Positions 10,199-18,638 of a stretch of DNA of 63,054 nucleotides are shown here, one piece after another. The stretch is from an uncultured Alphaproteobacteria bacterium (GTDB lineage Bacteria > Pseudomonadota > Alphaproteobacteria > CAAHEQ01 > UBA3637): contig CASECI010000003.1 of NCBI GenBank assembly GCA_949286465.1, forward strand, positions 1 to 63,054, written 5' to 3'. Position numbers and translations under genes: made by a program. Each line of letters opens with the position of its first letter. The first letter of the stretch is position 1. Below the pieces are notes generated by a model. That model had not been told where the DNA came from. It did not search any database and was given only the letters and a program-made list of their open reading frames with translations.

Positions 10199-11419
10199 TT
10201 ATTCTTTTAGCTCAAAGAAATGTCTCTTCCCGATTTTTATTTTAGTTCCTGAGTTTATAGAAATGAGTTGATTCGTATCTGTACATTTATCACTATTGAC
10301 AGAAACAGCACCACTTTCTATTAATCGACGGAGGGAAGATTTACTTTCTGTTGGAATTAATGTTGCACATAAGTCTAAAAGTTTTACTGAGCTATTTATT
10401 TCAAAAGAAAGGTTACTTATACAAACAGGTTCAAATGTCTTAGAATCAAAGCCTTTTTGTTGAACCTGTTTATAGAAAAAGTTTTCAGCTTCTTGAGCGG
10501 CTTTTTCATCGTGATATTGTTTAACAATATTAAAAGCAACCTTCTTTTTAATGTCCATCGGATTTGTTTTTCCGTTTTTCAAATCAGCAATCATATTGAC
10601 TTTTGTTTCTTCATCAAAATCAGTTGTCAATTGGATCCATTCTTCCAACAAATCATCTGGAATAGACATTGTTTTGCCATACATGTCATTGGCTGGTTCT
10701 GTCAGACCGATATAGTTATTCTTTGACTTACTCATTTTCATGACGCCGTCTAATCCGCGTAGCAAAGGCATGCACAAAACAACCTGGCCATTTTTTTTGC
10801 CAAAGCTTTCTTGAAGGTTTTTCCCAACGAGATTATTAAATAACTGATCTCTACCACCGAATTCAATATCTGAATTAATTTCGACAGAATCATATCCTTG
10901 TAACATGGGGTACAAAAGCTCATGTAAAGCAATAGGGATATTATTTGTATAGCGTGTATTAAAATCCTCTCTTTGCATCATTTGAGCAAGAGTTGCTCGG
11001 CTTAACAATTTGATGACATCAGAGAAAGTCATTTTCCCTAACCAATCATTGTTGAAATGAATCGTTAAGCGTTCAGTTCCAACAACTTTATGAAGTTGTT
11101 CAATATAAGTCTGCGCGTTTATTTTCACTTCTTCAGCTGTTAAAGGTGGGCGCGTTGTATTTCGTCCTGTCGGATCGCCTATTTGAGCTGTAAAATCACC
11201 GACGATTAAATGGATTTCATGCCCAGCTTCCTGGAATTCACGAATTTTCTTTAAAACAACGGCGTGACCTAAGTGCAAGTCAGGCGCTGTTGGATCCATG
11301 CCTAATTTAATGATCAATGGTCGTTTTTCTGTTTCTGCCTCTTTTAACTTTTCAGCCAAACCATTTACAGGAACGATCATTTCAATACCTTTAGATAGTT
11401 TTTCGAGTTGTGATGACAT
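10199..11419 (-). CDS. tyrS: Tyrosine--tRNA ligase (type 2, with C-terminal S4-like domain)
   Basis: 406 aa with the class I signatures HLGH (DLHLGHAV) and KMSKS (MKMSKSKNN). The C-terminal SLRRLIESGAVSVN is S4-like. Confidence 0.9.
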   Translation of the reverse strand: MSSQLEKLSKGIEMIVPVNGLAEKLKEAETEKRPLIIKLGMDPTAPDLHLGHAVVLKKIREFQEAGHEIHLIVGDFTAQIGDPTGRNTTRPPLTAEEVKINAQTYIEQLHKVVGTERLTIHFNNDWLGKMTFSDVIKLLSRATLAQMMQREDFNTRYTNNIPIALHELLYPMLQGYDSVEINSDIEFGGRDQLFNNLVGKNLQESFGKKNGQVVLCMPLLRGLDGVMKMSKSKNNYIGLTEPANDMYGKTMSIPDDLLEEWIQLTTDFDEETKVNMIADLKNGKTNPMDIKKKVAFNIVKQYHDEKAAQEAENFFYKQVQQKGFDSKTFEPVCISNLSFEINSSVKLLDLCATLIPTESKSSLRRLIESGAVSVNSDKCTDTNQLISINSGTKIKIGKRHFFELKE

Positions 11420-11476
11420 TTTTTCCCTTTTTAATTGTTATTTTTTTATTTTTATATCAAATTTCTTTTTAAATAT

Positions 11477-13708
11477 CTAGTTTTTTTGTTGAAGAACTTC
11501 ACGGACCTTCTGTGTAAGTTGAGATAAACTGAAAGGCTTAGGAAGAAAAGAGAATGTTTGAGAATCATCTTTTCCATGTCGAGCAAAGTCTTCTGAATAG
11601 CCACTCATGAGAATTACCCGGATTTCCGGGTATCGTTCTTTTGCGATTTTCGCGAGAGTTTCTCCATCCATTCCTGGCATCATCATATCAGTTAAAAGAA
11701 GGTCAAAATGGGTTCCTTTCTCCATTTCTTTAAGAGCTGTTTCTCCTTCGGAACATTCAATAACAGTAAAGCCTTTATTTTTTAAAACACGAGAGCTGAA
11801 TGCTCGAACAGCGTCTTCATCTTCAACCAATAAAATAGTAGCTGTTGTCGTTGGAAAAGTATGGATAATTTGCTTCTCTTGAGGAGTTGTTTCTATTGGT
11901 TGGGTAAAGCGAGGAAGATAAATTGTAAAAGTTGTTCCTTTTCCAACGGTACTGTCTACATAAATATAGCCATCTGTTTGGGTAATAATACCATAGACAG
12001 TTGACAGACCTAATCCAGTACCAGATCCTGCAATACCTTCTTTTGTAGAGAAAAAAGGTTCAAAAATACGAGGTAAATTTTCTGGAGCAATTCCACACCC
12101 TGTATCAGAAACAGTAATGACAACATATGTCCCAGGGATAATAACATCCGAACCGATAGTTCTGGATTTTTTAATTGTTTCCGTTTTGCTTTGAATTGTC
12201 AATGTGCCTCCATTAGGCATTGCATCTCGAGCATTAACAGCAAGATTCAAAAAAACTTGTGTCAACTGATTCGGATCAACTTTTACATATCCAAGATCAG
12301 GCGTATGATATGTTTTTAATTCAACTTTAGGTCCAATACTTCGATGTAAAAGAGCAGTTAATTCTGAAAAAGCATCTGCAATATCAACTAATCTAGGTTT
12401 AAGAGGTTGTTTACGAGAGAATGCTAAAAGTTGTCCCACTAAAGCAGAAGCTCGATTAGCATTGTGTTTTATTTGCATAATATCAGCAAAAGAAGGGTCT
12501 CCCATCGTATGCTTTTGCAAAAGTAAATCAGAAAAACCGATAATAGCTGTGAGTAGATTATTGAAATCATGCGCTACACCACCGGCTAATTGCCCCATGG
12601 CTTGCATTTTTTGAGCATGCGCCATTTGCATTTCTAAGTTCTTACGCTCAGAGGAATCTGTTAGATATAAAACAAAAGAAGATACATCCCCCTCATCAGC
12701 AGTCCCCATTTTTTGTTTGATCGGAGCGATAAATGCAATAACACTTCTTGTTTGTCCTTTGGGTAAGGTAAAAGTGAGCTCACATTTTTCAGATTTTTGA
12801 GCCTGCATCAATAACTTAGATAATTTTAAAGGGAGTGTCTCTTTGCTCTCAGCGTCCAGAAAAGATAGAAAAGATTGATCTTTTATTTGTTCAAATGGTT
12901 TAAGTATTATTTTTTGAAAAGCTGTGTTTGCCTCCAAAACAGATAAATCCATTGCATCTATGACAAGTATACCTAAAGGGGCATTTTGGAAAAAATCAGA
13001 ATTTACTGTGGTATTCAGAGGAGATAAATTCGGGGATGTTTCATTCTTTATCACAATACTTTGGAACATTGTTTCTCCGTCTTGATCGAAAGATGTTTGA
13101 TATACTTTTGCGGGAATTGTTTTTTTACCAGCTTTTAATAAAACATCTCCATTCCATGCTCCACTCATATCAGGCAAAATACCCTTGATAATTTCTTGTA
13201 AATGATGTCCTTTGATATCTTCTTGCTTTTTATCTAGCCAATGAGATAAAACATCATTCATAAATTGAATGCATCCTTCAGAATTAACAATATAAAGGCC
13301 AACAGGTAATGTATCGATTGTTTCTTGTAAGGTAGCTTGCTCTTGACGAATAAGAGATAAAATTTCAAATTCATCAGTTAAGTCTTCTCCAATTAAGAGT
13401 AGATTATTATTTACCTTTTTTAAGGTTATACGATAAGTTTTATCTTCTATTTCTATTTGAATACTTAAAGGACACTTTTGTGCATATGCACTTTTTAATT
13501 TTTCTAAAACACTTTGTTGTGTTGTTTCTTTTAAAAAAAGAAAAGGATCTTTTGCTTCTTTAAAAAGATGTTTTCCCTTTTTATTGGATGCAATAACTTT
13601 CCCATTTTTTGAACGAATTTGACGTGCTTCAGATTCGACATCGAGAAGGGCTTGTAGTGTTTTATTCATTCCAATCATTTTCTTAATCCTTGTTGTTGAT
13701 GCTAGCAA
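11477..13708 (-). CDS. cckA: Hybrid sensor histidine kinase with PAS domains and a C-terminal receiver; CckA-like
   Basis: H-box MGQLAGGVAHDFNNLLTAIIGFSDLLL, N-box NLAVNARDAM, G-boxes DTGCGI and GTGLGLS, and a receiver domain (ILLVEDEDAVR...LLLTDMMMPGMDG). No N-terminal TM helix is visible. The symbol is tentative. Confidence 0.6.
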   Translation of the reverse strand: MLASTTRIKKMIGMNKTLQALLDVESEARQIRSKNGKVIASNKKGKHLFKEAKDPFLFLKETTQQSVLEKLKSAYAQKCPLSIQIEIEDKTYRITLKKVNNNLLLIGEDLTDEFEILSLIRQEQATLQETIDTLPVGLYIVNSEGCIQFMNDVLSHWLDKKQEDIKGHHLQEIIKGILPDMSGAWNGDVLLKAGKKTIPAKVYQTSFDQDGETMFQSIVIKNETSPNLSPLNTTVNSDFFQNAPLGILVIDAMDLSVLEANTAFQKIILKPFEQIKDQSFLSFLDAESKETLPLKLSKLLMQAQKSEKCELTFTLPKGQTRSVIAFIAPIKQKMGTADEGDVSSFVLYLTDSSERKNLEMQMAHAQKMQAMGQLAGGVAHDFNNLLTAIIGFSDLLLQKHTMGDPSFADIMQIKHNANRASALVGQLLAFSRKQPLKPRLVDIADAFSELTALLHRSIGPKVELKTYHTPDLGYVKVDPNQLTQVFLNLAVNARDAMPNGGTLTIQSKTETIKKSRTIGSDVIIPGTYVVITVSDTGCGIAPENLPRIFEPFFSTKEGIAGSGTGLGLSTVYGIITQTDGYIYVDSTVGKGTTFTIYLPRFTQPIETTPQEKQIIHTFPTTTATILLVEDEDAVRAFSSRVLKNKGFTVIECSEGETALKEMEKGTHFDLLLTDMMMPGMDGETLAKIAKERYPEIRVILMSGYSEDFARHGKDDSQTFSFLPKPFSLSQLTQKVREVLQQKN

Positions 13709-14077
13709 AAAAAAAGTGAAGAATCGAGTGTTTTTATAAGAGACTCTAAAAATATTTAAATTAATTTTTTTTATACTTTTATATCAATAAGTTAAATTGT
13801 TTTAAAAGATGTGCTTTTATCAGAAAGTACAAAATCTCTTGTTTAGGAGCCATTAATTGGTAAAAATTTTTTAAAAACAAATGATTACATCAATTAATAT
13901 TTTTTTGTCTCTTTTTTTTATGTTTTTGGACAGAAGAATATTACATAAAAAATAAATCAAAAAAAAACTTATTTTTTAATGAGTTGAACAAATGTTGCTG
14001 AGCTAAAAAATTTTTCTTAAAAAAAGTGTTGACACCTTTATTTTTAATAGGCAATTATTGTTAATACACAAAAAAGA

Positions 14078-14093
14078 AAACAATATATAGTGT
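14078..14093 (+). promoter_or_regulatory. Candidate NrdR box upstream of nrdD
   Basis: AAACAATATATAGTGT matches 15 of 16 positions of the NrdR-box palindrome as I recall it (acaCwAtATaTwGtgt). It lies about 25 nt upstream of the nrdD ATG. A partner box about 31 bp upstream is only a half-match. Confidence 0.4.
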
Positions 14094-14117
14094 TAAATAA
14101 AATCGAAGAGGTACTAA

Positions 14118-15074
14118 ATGTTGGAAGTCATTAAAACATCAGAAGCAGAACCTTATCAAATTGATGTCGGACCACTACAAAATGTGATACGACGAGATGG
14201 TCAACTTGTTTCTTTTGACGCCTCTAAGATTGTAAAAGCGATAGAAAAAGCAGGTCAAGCAACAGGTGAGTTTGGCTTGGACGAGGCTTGGTTGTTAGCA
14301 AACCAAGTTGTTAAAGTTTTAAAACATCGCTTTGCACATGGTACGGCTCCTCAAATAGAGCAAATACAAGATGTTGTTGAGCAATGTTTAATTTCTGCGA
14401 ACTATTATAAAACAGCCAGGGCTTACATAGTGTATCGCGAGCAGCGTGAAAGAGGCCGTCAGGATAAAAGGACTGTTGTTGACGTTATTTCTTCTATTAA
14501 CGAATATTTAGATAGGTCCGACTGGCGAGTTAATGCGAACGCGAATCAAGGGTATTCATTAGGGGGATTAATTCTCAATATTTCAGGAAAGATGATAGCC
14601 AATTATTGGCTTAATCATGTTTACCCGAAAGAAGTTGGTGAAGCTCATAAATGTGGGGACTATCACATTCATGATTTAGATATGTTGTCAGGTTATTGTG
14701 CAGGATGGTCTTTAAAGACACTTTTGATTGAAGGATTTAATGGTGTTCCAAATAAAGTTGAATCTATGCCTCCTAAACATTTAGATTCTGCTTTCGGTCA
14801 AATGGTTAATTTCTTAGGAACGCTTCAAAATGAATGGGCTGGAGCTCAAGCTTTTAGCTCTGCAGATACATATCTAGCACCATTTATTCGTAAAGATAAT
14901 TTATCTTATGAAGATGTTAAGCAAGGGATGCAGTCATTCATTTATAACTTAAATGTTCCATCAAGATGGGGGACACAAACGCCATTTACAAACTTGACAT
15001 TTGATTGGGTTTGCCCAGAAGATTTAAGAGGTGTTCATCCTATTATTGGTGGGGAAGAGATGCCTTTTACGTAG
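14118..15074 (+). CDS. nrdD: Anaerobic ribonucleoside-triphosphate reductase, N-terminal fragment (ATP-cone plus start of the barrel), ending at an in-frame TAG
   Basis: VIRRDGQLVSFDASKIVKAIEKA is an ATP-cone, and HIHDLD is also present. The ORF stops at TAG 15072-15074 and continues in the same frame. Confidence 0.85.
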   Translation: MLEVIKTSEAEPYQIDVGPLQNVIRRDGQLVSFDASKIVKAIEKAGQATGEFGLDEAWLLANQVVKVLKHRFAHGTAPQIEQIQDVVEQCLISANYYKTARAYIVYREQRERGRQDKRTVVDVISSINEYLDRSDWRVNANANQGYSLGGLILNISGKMIANYWLNHVYPKEVGEAHKCGDYHIHDLDMLSGYCAGWSLKTLLIEGFNGVPNKVESMPPKHLDSAFGQMVNFLGTLQNEWAGAQAFSSADTYLAPFIRKDNLSYEDVKQGMQSFIYNLNVPSRWGTQTPFTNLTFDWVCPEDLRGVHPIIGGEEMPFT

Positions 15075-15080
15075 GGAGAT

Positions 15081-16175
15081 TTGCAAGCAGAAATGGATAT
15101 GATTAATCGAGCATATATTGAAGTTATGACAGCTGGAGATGCTCATGGTCGTCCATTTACTTTCCCAATTCCAACTTACAATATTACAAAGGATTTTCCA
15201 TGGGATGCTGAAAATACAAATCGTTTATTCGAAATGACAGCTAAATATGGATTGCCATATTTCCAAAACTTCATTAATTCAAGTCTTTCTCCAAAACAAG
15301 TTCGTTCCATGTGTTGCCGATTACAATTAGATTTGTCTCAATTGTTAGCCAAAGGAAATGGATTATTTGGCTCAGCAGAGCAAACAGGCTCTATTGGTGT
15401 CGTAACAATCAATTGTGCTCGTTTAGGTTATCTATATAAAGGGAATGAAGACGCTCTTATGAAGCGTTTAGATGAGTTGTTGGATTTGGCGCGGACCTCT
15501 TTAGAAATTAAACGTAAGGTCATTCAATCCCATATGGATACAGGATTATTCCCATTTACGAAGAGATATTTAGGTACATTACGTAATCATTTCTCTACAA
15601 TTGGTGTCAATGGTATTAATGAAATGATCCGTAATTTTACAAATGATGAGCATAACATAGCAGATGTAGAAGGTATGAAATTTGCTATTCGTTTCTTAGA
15701 TCATATTCGAGAGAAGATGATTCAATTCCAATCTGAAACGGGGCATATGTATAATTTAGAGGCAACTCCGGCCGAAGGAACTACATACCGCTTTGCACGT
15801 GAGGATCAAAAACGCTTCCCTGATATTATTCAGGCGGGAACGCATGATGCGCCTTATTATACGAATTCATCTCAATTACCATCGGGATACACAGATGATC
15901 CGTTTGAAGCATTAAATTTACAAGATACTTTACAAACAAAGTATACAGGAGGAACAGTTTTACACTTATACATGAGTGAGCGGATATCGAATTCTGATAC
16001 ATGTAAGTCGTTCATGCGTCGTGTATTAGAGAACTATCATTTACCATATGTGACTATTACACCCGTCTTTTCTATTTGTCCAAAGCATGGATATTTAGCC
16101 GGTGAGCATAAGTTCTGTCCAATTTGTGATGAAGAACTGATTGCTAAAAAGCGCAAAATGGTTTCAGCATCTTAA
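15081..16175 (+). CDS. nrdD: Anaerobic ribonucleoside-triphosphate reductase, central fragment, in the same frame as 14118..15074
   Basis: GRPFTFPIPTYNITKDFPWD, MCCRLQLD and NLEATPAEG are class III RNR signatures. It ends after FCPICDEE at TAA 16173-16175. The first ATG in this frame is at 15093. Confidence 0.85.
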   Translation: MQAEMDMINRAYIEVMTAGDAHGRPFTFPIPTYNITKDFPWDAENTNRLFEMTAKYGLPYFQNFINSSLSPKQVRSMCCRLQLDLSQLLAKGNGLFGSAEQTGSIGVVTINCARLGYLYKGNEDALMKRLDELLDLARTSLEIKRKVIQSHMDTGLFPFTKRYLGTLRNHFSTIGVNGINEMIRNFTNDEHNIADVEGMKFAIRFLDHIREKMIQFQSETGHMYNLEATPAEGTTYRFAREDQKRFPDIIQAGTHDAPYYTNSSQLPSGYTDDPFEALNLQDTLQTKYTGGTVLHLYMSERISNSDTCKSFMRRVLENYHLPYVTITPVFSICPKHGYLAGEHKFCPICDEELIAKKRKMVSAS

Positions 16176-16202
16176 TCATTAATTTAAAAGAGGAGATAAA
16201 AA

Positions 16203-16406
16203 ATGAATGCAGAAGTAGAAGTTTTATTATCAGATGAAGAACGTCAACCAGTTGAATGCTGGACACGTGTGATGGGATATTTCCGTCCAGTCAGTCACTT
16301 TAATAAAGGGAAACAAAGTGAATATGCTGAGCGTGTTTGGTTTACAGAAGCTAAGGCTGTCGCAGCAGTTGACAGATGTGCTTGTGTTAATGAACGGGGT
16401 TGTTAG
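16203..16406 (+). CDS. Stand-alone glycyl-radical domain corresponding to the NrdD C-terminus
   Basis: 67 aa containing TRVMGYFRPVSHFNKGKQSEYAERV (the RVxGY glycyl-radical motif). It has its own SD, GAGGAGA, 6 nt before the ATG. Three in-frame stops separate it from the nrdD body. Confidence 0.7.
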   Translation: MNAEVEVLLSDEERQPVECWTRVMGYFRPVSHFNKGKQSEYAERVWFTEAKAVAAVDRCACVNERGC

Positions 16407-16423
16407 TTTGACGAGATAGAAAA

Positions 16424-16445
16424 GCGCCCCTAAGGGGCGTTTTTT
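16424..16445 (+). terminator. Rho-independent terminator between the nrdD C-terminal cistron and nrdG
   Basis: GCGCCCC-TAA-GGGGCG followed by T6. Confidence 0.8.
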
Positions 16446-16462
16446 AATGGGAGAGAATAAAG

Positions 16463-17170
16463 ATGATTAAGGTTGGGGGTCTTCTTCCTTTTACAATGAT
16501 TGATTTTCCGGGAAAATTATCAGCAGTTATTTTCTGTCAAGGATGTTTATTAAACTGTCCTTATTGCCATAACCCAGAATTGCAAAGTCCTGCAACGCAA
16601 ACGCAAGTTACCTGGGAAGAAGTTATTCATTTATTGAAATCTCGTCAGAACTTATTAGATGGGGTCGTTTTTAGTGGGGGAGAGCCTTTAATACAGAAAG
16701 ATTTACCTGAGGCCATAAAAGAAATTAGAGCGTTGGGTTTTGATGTAGCTCTTCATACGTCTGGAGCTCTCCCAGATATGCTGGATGTTGTTTTACCTGA
16801 TGTTTCCTGGATAGGATTGGATTTAAAGGGAACTTTTGAAAAATATCATAATGCGTCTGGGACAAAGCCTGAGTTCAAAATAGGAGAAGCCGTTCAAAAA
16901 TCTTTAGATATGATTTTAAATGCGGGCATTTCTTTCGAAGTTCGAACAACAACAGATCCTCGAGTTGTATCAAAAGAGGACATTTTGAATATGGCTTCTT
17001 ATTTATCTCATAAAGGCGTCAAGTCTTATGCACTACAAGAATATAGACCTTGTGAAAATGGTCGATTGCCTGAACCATCTTCATCTGATATTACATCTTT
17101 CTATACAGATAAAGAATTTTTGGATAAAGTTAAGAACTTATTCGATGATTTTATTGTTCGACGAGCTTAA
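16463..17170 (+). CDS. nrdG: Anaerobic ribonucleotide reductase activating protein (radical SAM)
   Basis: 235 aa. CLLNCPYCHN is the CX3CX2C cluster motif, GGEPL is present, and the gene is adjacent to nrdD. Confidence 0.85.
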   Translation: MIKVGGLLPFTMIDFPGKLSAVIFCQGCLLNCPYCHNPELQSPATQTQVTWEEVIHLLKSRQNLLDGVVFSGGEPLIQKDLPEAIKEIRALGFDVALHTSGALPDMLDVVLPDVSWIGLDLKGTFEKYHNASGTKPEFKIGEAVQKSLDMILNAGISFEVRTTTDPRVVSKEDILNMASYLSHKGVKSYALQEYRPCENGRLPEPSSSDITSFYTDKEFLDKVKNLFDDFIVRRA

Positions 17171-17193
17171 TAAAAGGTCAGTGTTTGAGTTTT

Positions 17194-17661
17194 TTATTTC
17201 TTAAGGAATGAATTAAATTCAGAAAAAACTTGAATATAAATTTCTTTTTTAAAATCGATGATGTGGCTGATAAGGAAATTTTTATCAACCCATTGAAAAG
17301 CAGAAAATTCTTTATCTTTTCTTTCTGAAAATTCTTTTTCAGCGTCCGTCCCTGTATAAAGGAATAAAAACCATTTTTGTTTTTGCCCTTGCCATTGAGA
17401 ACGTTTTTCTATTGGTATCCAATCCGGAAAGTCATATTTGTACCACTTAGAGCTTTGAGCCAGATATTGGATACTTTGTATTCCTGTTTCTTCAAAGAGC
17501 TCTCGTTGAGCAGCTGTTAAAGGATTTTCATTTTCATCAATTCCACCTTGAGGCATTTGCCAACTTTTAGTATCTTTTTGTCCAGATCGATATCCTGCAA
17601 AAATTTTTCCTTCTTTATTGATAAGCATTATTCCGACATTGGGACGATAGGGGAGTGTCAT
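17194..17661 (-). CDS. rppH: RNA pyrophosphohydrolase (Nudix)
   Basis: 155 aa with the Nudix box GGIDENENPLTAAQRELFEETGI and an N-terminal YRPNVG. Confidence 0.85.
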   Translation of the reverse strand: MTLPYRPNVGIMLINKEGKIFAGYRSGQKDTKSWQMPQGGIDENENPLTAAQRELFEETGIQSIQYLAQSSKWYKYDFPDWIPIEKRSQWQGQKQKWFLFLYTGTDAEKEFSERKDKEFSAFQWVDKNFLISHIIDFKKEIYIQVFSEFNSFLKK

Positions 17662-18636
17662 TTAAGTTTCTCCAAAAAGGGTAGAGACAGGGACAAATTC
17701 GATTTCTTCGGAAGTGTTTTCTAAAATCCATTGAGCCAATGTTTCTATGACGATAGGAATGGGAGGGAAAACAGCAATAGCATTTCCTTTTTGAAGGGCT
17801 AAATTTTTTATTTTTTGGAGGTAACTTTGAAAGGCTTCAGGATAGAAATTATTCTGAATATCAAAATCGATAACATTGTTATTTTTGACTTCCATAGGAA
17901 TCGAAGATAAATAAATTAAACCTTTTGAGGAAATGTTTTCTTCTATTAAATTTGGGAAATCAGGCATTTCTTCCATAAGTGAGGCATTTTGAGAAATAAA
18001 GCCTGTTATCGGGAGAAAGCGAGATAAAATAGATTGTATAACAGCTTTATTTTGTGTGTCTGTTTGAAAAGAGTAAATTGCATTTTTCCCAGAATCATAA
18101 TTTGGAAAGTCATTTGTTTCAATTGGAAGATTTAGCATTGTCTCAAAACCATGTGCTCGAGCAGACTTTAACTGTTCTTCTAAGTTAGGTGTATTAGAAG
18201 AGAAGGCAAGTGTAATTTGCTCGGGTAAGGAAGATAGAACATTGTTTGTTATTTCATCATTTAATCCTAAATGCGAGATAACAAGAGCGATTTGTTTTTT
18301 ATGAGGATCTATTTGAAAATTTTTTTTATATTTTGATAAGGCGGATAATTCTTTTTCTAAGGGTTGGTCAGCATCAATAATTGAGAGTGGCGTATTAGGA
18401 AAGACATAATGAGATTGTTCTTCGTATAGCGGTGTATTCGGTTGTGGAAGGGGGATGTCTTTATGGTTTTGAGGTTCTTTTATTTCGATTTTAGATTTAG
18501 CAAACATAAAGCCTGGAACGTAAAAAGAAATTCGCGGTGTCCACAAAGTTTCCTTTTTCCATGTTTGTATCATAGAATAAGAACCCCAACCCACACAAAG
18601 GAGAACGATTATAAAGAATACAATATTTTTTTTCAT
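17662..18636 (-). CDS. Divergent polysaccharide deacetylase family protein (YibQ-like)
   Basis: 324 aa with an N-terminal TM segment. It sits between ctpA and rppH, as in many alphaproteobacteria. The family call rests on context and general resemblance. Confidence 0.5.
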   Translation of the reverse strand: MKKNIVFFIIVLLCVGWGSYSMIQTWKKETLWTPRISFYVPGFMFAKSKIEIKEPQNHKDIPLPQPNTPLYEEQSHYVFPNTPLSIIDADQPLEKELSALSKYKKNFQIDPHKKQIALVISHLGLNDEITNNVLSSLPEQITLAFSSNTPNLEEQLKSARAHGFETMLNLPIETNDFPNYDSGKNAIYSFQTDTQNKAVIQSILSRFLPITGFISQNASLMEEMPDFPNLIEENISSKGLIYLSSIPMEVKNNNVIDFDIQNNFYPEAFQSYLQKIKNLALQKGNAIAVFPPIPIVIETLAQWILENTSEEIEFVPVSTLFGET

Positions 18637-18638
18637 TA

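Noticed and set aside
13709-14028. A 320-bp extremely AT-rich spacer upstream of the nrdD promoter region, considered as a possible replication origin or remnant gene
   Set aside because: I saw no DnaA-box-like TTATCCACA repeats, no ordered repeats and no ORF remnants. It looks like a curved AT-rich divergent promoter region.
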